From IMG/VR virus record IMGVR_UViG_3300037882_002578, positions 1 to 64,000 of that record: 64,000 nucleotides of DNA. One strand, written 5' to 3'. Below are positions 59,856 through 64,000 of the stretch, in pieces. Below the pieces are notes generated by a model. That model ran no database searches. It was not told the origin of the DNA and saw only the letters and a list, made by a program, of their open reading frames with translations. The position numbers were made by a program, and so were the translations under genes. The DNA is from a virus. Numbering within the stretch: position 1 is the first letter of the stretch; each line of letters starts with the position of its first letter.

Positions 59856-60958
59856 TGAGATTTAAAGAATATAAAGAAGGTGGAAAAATATCTGAAGATA
59901 AAAAAATATACGCTTACAACTATTATCTAAAAAAAGGAGTACCTGCAGTTCAAGCCGCAGGTATTGTAGGTAATTTAGCTGCTGAATCAGGGTTTAATAC
60001 AACTGTAGTAGGTAAGGCGGATAGCAAGCAAAGTCAAGGAATTGGGCAATGGCACAGCGAAAGGCTTAATGGACTTAAGAAGTTTGCAGGAAATAATTGG
60101 ACAACTTTAGATAGCCAACTTGATTATGTTTTACATGAGTTAAACACAACTGAGAAAAAAGCTAAAACATCTTTATTCTCAGCTAAAACACCTCAAGAAG
60201 CAGCTATAGCTTTTATGAACGATTATGAAAGACCTGCAGAGTGGGCTAAAAAACAATCAGGGAGTAAAAGAGTTAACGAATCTTTAAAGCTTTTAGGTTT
60301 AACATCAGACCCTAATTATTCTTACGGTTCAGAAAATTATAACCCTTACAGGTTTGACGAATATAAAAGAACAGACTTCTATGAACCTCAAGTAATTGAA
60401 AATATAAGTAGTTTGGATAACAAACAAGAAAACACTAATTTAGCAGAAGATAAAGCAACAGAAATTAAAAATAGATTAGAACAGAAAAAAGCAGAAAAAG
60501 CTTTACTTCAACAAATGATTCTGGCAACTCAAGTAGTTTATGTAAACCCTGCCGATTACCAATCTCAACCTACATTTGAAGAGCCTGAGCAAGAATTTAA
60601 AAACGGAGGAGAAAAAAACTCTTTATGGAAAAACATAAGAGCTAATAGAGGTTCAGGGAGAAAACCAACAAAAGAAATGTTGGAACAGGAAAGAAAGATT
60701 AAAAGAAAAGAAGATGGCGGGGCAATACCAATAAGCTCACAAGGAATGTACGAGTATAAAAATCAAGAGGTTATTGTACCTACTAACGGATTAATAACAA
60801 TGAAAAATATTCCTCATGATATATTAGGGATTTCTCAAGAAACAGGTCAACAAATTTTAATGAAACCTGAAAAAGAGTACTTCTTTCCAAATACTCAAAA
60901 CGTACTAGAAATTCCGCAAATAAAATCAAGAATAAAAACAAAAAGATTTTCAAAATAA
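59855..60958 (+). CDS. virion protein with tail-type lysozyme domain
   Basis: QAAGIVGNLAAESG, GIGQW...R, QLDYVLHEL, YERP. Confidence 0.8.
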   Translation: MRFKEYKEGGKISEDKKIYAYNYYLKKGVPAVQAAGIVGNLAAESGFNTTVVGKADSKQSQGIGQWHSERLNGLKKFAGNNWTTLDSQLDYVLHELNTTEKKAKTSLFSAKTPQEAAIAFMNDYERPAEWAKKQSGSKRVNESLKLLGLTSDPNYSYGSENYNPYRFDEYKRTDFYEPQVIENISSLDNKQENTNLAEDKATEIKNRLEQKKAEKALLQQMILATQVVYVNPADYQSQPTFEEPEQEFKNGGEKNSLWKNIRANRGSGRKPTKEMLEQERKIKRKEDGGAIPISSQGMYEYKNQEVIVPTNGLITMKNIPHDILGISQETGQQILMKPEKEYFFPNTQNVLEIPQIKSRIKTKRFSK

Positions 60959-60960
60959 TT

Positions 60961-63900
60961 ATGAAAAAGAAACTAAATAGAAAACCTGTATATAAAAAAG
61001 GAGGAGAAAGTTGGGTAAGCGATAAAATGAATAATCTGCCTATGTATCAAATGGGCACACAAGCTACTTTACCTAACACATTAGGGTTTAATCAATCTTC
61101 CATGAACTTACAACCACAATTAAACAAGTTAGACCCAAATAGTCTTAATTACGGAGAGACTTGGGCTAACAATAACCCCCTTCCACAAATGGGTACGAAT
61201 AGTTTTAGTTATAATCCAAACTTTGTGGAAGATTTAAATAACAACCCTTCTGATATTCTTTCACAAAATCAAGAGCAGTACTCTTATAATAACACAATAA
61301 ATGAAGATGAAACACAGTCAGAGCAATTTTTTAACCCTTATGGTGGAATAAATTTAGAGTCAAGACTTGCTTATGGAGCTAATCAATTAGGAAAAGGTAA
61401 TACAGCTCAAGGTATTTTAGGGCTTGCTTCTGGAGCTTTAGGAGCAGTCAGAACAGGAGTAGGAGCTTACGCAGCAGGAAATAGAGAAAAATATATTATG
61501 AATGAATATAATGATAAAGTAAACAAAGCGATGACTCCAAGAACAATGTCTTTAGAAGAAGGAGGAATGATTGACTTTATGCAGAATGGAGGTTATAATT
61601 ATGCACCAACAGGGGACAGAAGAATCAATACGATGGATGCACAAAAAATTAATCAATCAACAGGTATACAATTTACACCTGATTTTGCCCAATCTTATTT
61701 CTCTCAACAAGTACCTCCTCAAACACAAACACCTCCACAAGTTCCAAGGAAAAGTACAAATGTTTTAGACATAACTTCGGATGGACAGTTCACAGATAGA
61801 AAAGTGTGGAGAAATCAAAAACCTGAATGGTATGTAGGTAAAAAAGTAGCTGTCGAAGGCGTTGATTATGACAGAATACCTTATAAACAATGGGAAAGTT
61901 ATAAAATGACTCCTGAATATAGTAGTTTTCAGAATCAAAATATAGACAGTAGAATAGCTGAATATCAAAAAGGAGGTAAAAAGGAAGTACCTTCAGAAGA
62001 TGTTGTAAATAACCTACAAAGAGGCATGGACTTTGCTCAAATGGCTGCCAAATACATAGGAAGCAGAGGAGCTTTAAATAAAGTTCCAGGAGGAGTAGGT
62101 TCAGCTTTTGGTATATTAGATGCTTTTCAAAATTCAAAAAATATGAACCCTGCTGACGTAATAGGACTAATACCTTTTGTACCTGCTCAAATTTTGTCTG
62201 AAACAATTGACCAAGGAATTAGACAAAAGAAATTAATGGAAGATTATGCTAAGAAAGCAAAAAAAAATAACTTAAACATACAATTAAAAGATAATAGTTA
62301 TACAATTAAAGACACTACTTTAGATACCAATAAATATCAAGAGGGAGGACAGACAGGGCAAGACCAAGTTATGCAGATAATTCAAATGTATGCTCAAATG
62401 GCGCAACAAGACCCTCAAACTATAATGGAACAGTTGCAACAAATGTCTCCAGAAGAACAACAAATGGCTATTCAAGAAATGGCACAAGCTGTACAACAAC
62501 CACAACAGGAACAGCAGTTTCAGAAAGGAGGCGAATTTGTAAAAAAGCTTACGGGGGAATATACAACCCCCTTAGATGAGAATGACCCAACTATAAATGC
62601 GGAAGTGGAGCAGGGAGAATACTTGCAATCACCTGATGGAGAGATAAGTAAAGCTTTAGGGGAAACTCATGAGGCAGGTGGCACAAAAGTAAATCTCGAA
62701 GGAGGAACACGAATAGTTTCTGACCATTTAAAACTAGGCGGTATTAATGCAAAACATTATAAAGAAAATTTTGACTTAGAAGTAAAAGCTACTGACACTT
62801 ATGCAAAAGTATTAGACAAATTTACTCAAAAATCGGGACTACAAAAAATAGTAGACGAGCAAGAAAAAGTGATAGAACAGTTAAAAAAATCAGAAGAGTC
62901 TGCTCAAGGAAGTAGCGTATCTGAGTCTACAAACAATCTTAACAAAATGTTCTTATCTGAAAAATTAGCTGAATTAGAGCAAGAAAAAGCCCCTTTATTA
63001 GAGGCTAGAAAATCTTTAATGGAAGATGTATTTAATAGACAAGAAGCTTCAAAACCTGTAGAAGAAAGTTCAGAAGAGCAGTATGAAAAAGGGGGAGAAG
63101 TGCCACAATATCAAAGGGGAGACCTTACACCATATCAAGGAGAGGGAAGCTTCAGTCTTGATAATTTAGAGAACTTCTACAGACAATCAAGAGGTTTAGG
63201 ATATACAGGTAAAAAGCAGATAGGAGATATTCAACAATGGATGGCTAAAAATTATCCAGAAGAAGTAGTGAACTATTTTACAAAAAGCGGACAACCATTA
63301 ACAGCAAAACATGTAGATTTAATAAAGTCTAATTCTAGAGATGTGTTTGCTAAAACAGGTATTTCTCCAAACAAGACTTCTGCTGATTATACAAGTGAAG
63401 AAAAGGTAGCTCTACAAAATGCTTTAGGAGAGAGAGCTAATAAAGAATTTTATTTACAAGGTTTTACAGACAATAAGTGGGATTGGAGAGCACCTGTAAT
63501 GGGAGTACCACCTTTAGCTCCAGCAGGTTTAAACGCTCAAAAAATATCTGCTCCACAATTACCAAACTTTTATAGAGAACCCGAAAAGTCTCCAATACTA
63601 GAAGATACAGAAGTAGGTAAAATTAAAGATAAGCAAGAAGATACAAGAAAAAGTTTAAATCTTATGTCACTTCCAAACCAAGCACCTATGATGCCTGATA
63701 GCTTAGAAGGAGCTTTAAAAGTTACTAGAAGGTATGACAGAGTTAATCCTATGCAATTATCTCCTGAACAACAAATAGGAGCTATAAAAGGACAAGAAGC
63801 CCAAGCTATTGAACAAATAAATCAGTTACCTGAATCTCAAAGAGCAGGAGCTTTAGCTAATTTATCTGCAATAACGCAAGAAAACTTAGCTAAAGTTTAT

Positions 63901-64000
63901 TCAGATATCAATAGAGCAAACTTAGCCTCTGACAATCAAGCTCAACAGTTTAATGCTCAAACTCAAGCTCAAGAAGAAAACGCAAGAGCTTCTGACTTAC
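60961..64000 (+). CDS. large ejected cargo-type protein, truncated by window end
   Basis: frame open from ATG 60961 to the window end (read by hand; absent from ORF track because no stop); GETHEAGG, Gln/Met-rich segment, repeated xxGG. Confidence 0.8.
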   Translation, partial: MKKKLNRKPVYKKGGESWVSDKMNNLPMYQMGTQATLPNTLGFNQSSMNLQPQLNKLDPNSLNYGETWANNNPLPQMGTNSFSYNPNFVEDLNNNPSDILSQNQEQYSYNNTINEDETQSEQFFNPYGGINLESRLAYGANQLGKGNTAQGILGLASGALGAVRTGVGAYAAGNREKYIMNEYNDKVNKAMTPRTMSLEEGGMIDFMQNGGYNYAPTGDRRINTMDAQKINQSTGIQFTPDFAQSYFSQQVPPQTQTPPQVPRKSTNVLDITSDGQFTDRKVWRNQKPEWYVGKKVAVEGVDYDRIPYKQWESYKMTPEYSSFQNQNIDSRIAEYQKGGKKEVPSEDVVNNLQRGMDFAQMAAKYIGSRGALNKVPGGVGSAFGILDAFQNSKNMNPADVIGLIPFVPAQILSETIDQGIRQKKLMEDYAKKAKKNNLNIQLKDNSYTIKDTTLDTNKYQEGGQTGQDQVMQIIQMYAQMAQQDPQTIMEQLQQMSPEEQQMAIQEMAQAVQQPQQEQQFQKGGEFVKKLTGEYTTPLDENDPTINAEVEQGEYLQSPDGEISKALGETHEAGGTKVNLEGGTRIVSDHLKLGGINAKHYKENFDLEVKATDTYAKVLDKFTQKSGLQKIVDEQEKVIEQLKKSEESAQGSSVSESTNNLNKMFLSEKLAELEQEKAPLLEARKSLMEDVFNRQEASKPVEESSEEQYEKGGEVPQYQRGDLTPYQGEGSFSLDNLENFYRQSRGLGYTGKKQIGDIQQWMAKNYPEEVVNYFTKSGQPLTAKHVDLIKSNSRDVFAKTGISPNKTSADYTSEEKVALQNALGERANKEFYLQGFTDNKWDWRAPVMGVPPLAPAGLNAQKISAPQLPNFYREPEKSPILEDTEVGKIKDKQEDTRKSLNLMSLPNQAPMMPDSLEGALKVTRRYDRVNPMQLSPEQQIGAIKGQEAQAIEQINQLPESQRAGALANLSAITQENLAKVYSDINRANLASDNQAQQFNAQTQAQEENARASDL

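Overview
AT-rich segment of a large lytic-type Bacteroidota (probably Flavobacteriaceae) phage related to crAss-like podophages; a Cellulophaga phi4:1/phi17:2-type relative is my best guess, not verified. Positions 1-22.8 kb are almost all minus strand: small early-type genes, a non-coding repeat-rich block at about 4.2-4.9 kb, then ClpP-like protein, a ligase fragment, GroES, SSB, a dNTP diphosphohydrolase, PhoH, GIY-YIG, RecA, two homing endonucleases, NinG, an SF2 helicase and a putative Rep. Positions 22.9-64 kb are plus strand: GroEL, an IS200/IS605 RHH+TnpB element, terminase, portal, major capsid protein, lysis genes, an LRR protein, tail fibres, rings, muzzle and cargo proteins. The most striking signal is a pair of homologous attC-like hairpins (7.4-7.5 kb and 8.55-8.69 kb) bounding a 1166-bp segment whose ends carry the complementarity expected of an integron-type gene cassette, with no integrase in the window. 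Other highlights: an intact-looking TnpB whose guide would read into the terminase start codon, a four-copy late-promoter box, several structured intergenic RNAs (one resembling a solitary Cas13b repeat), and repeated xxGG motifs in cargo proteins. All product calls come from motif recognition by eye; no searches were run.
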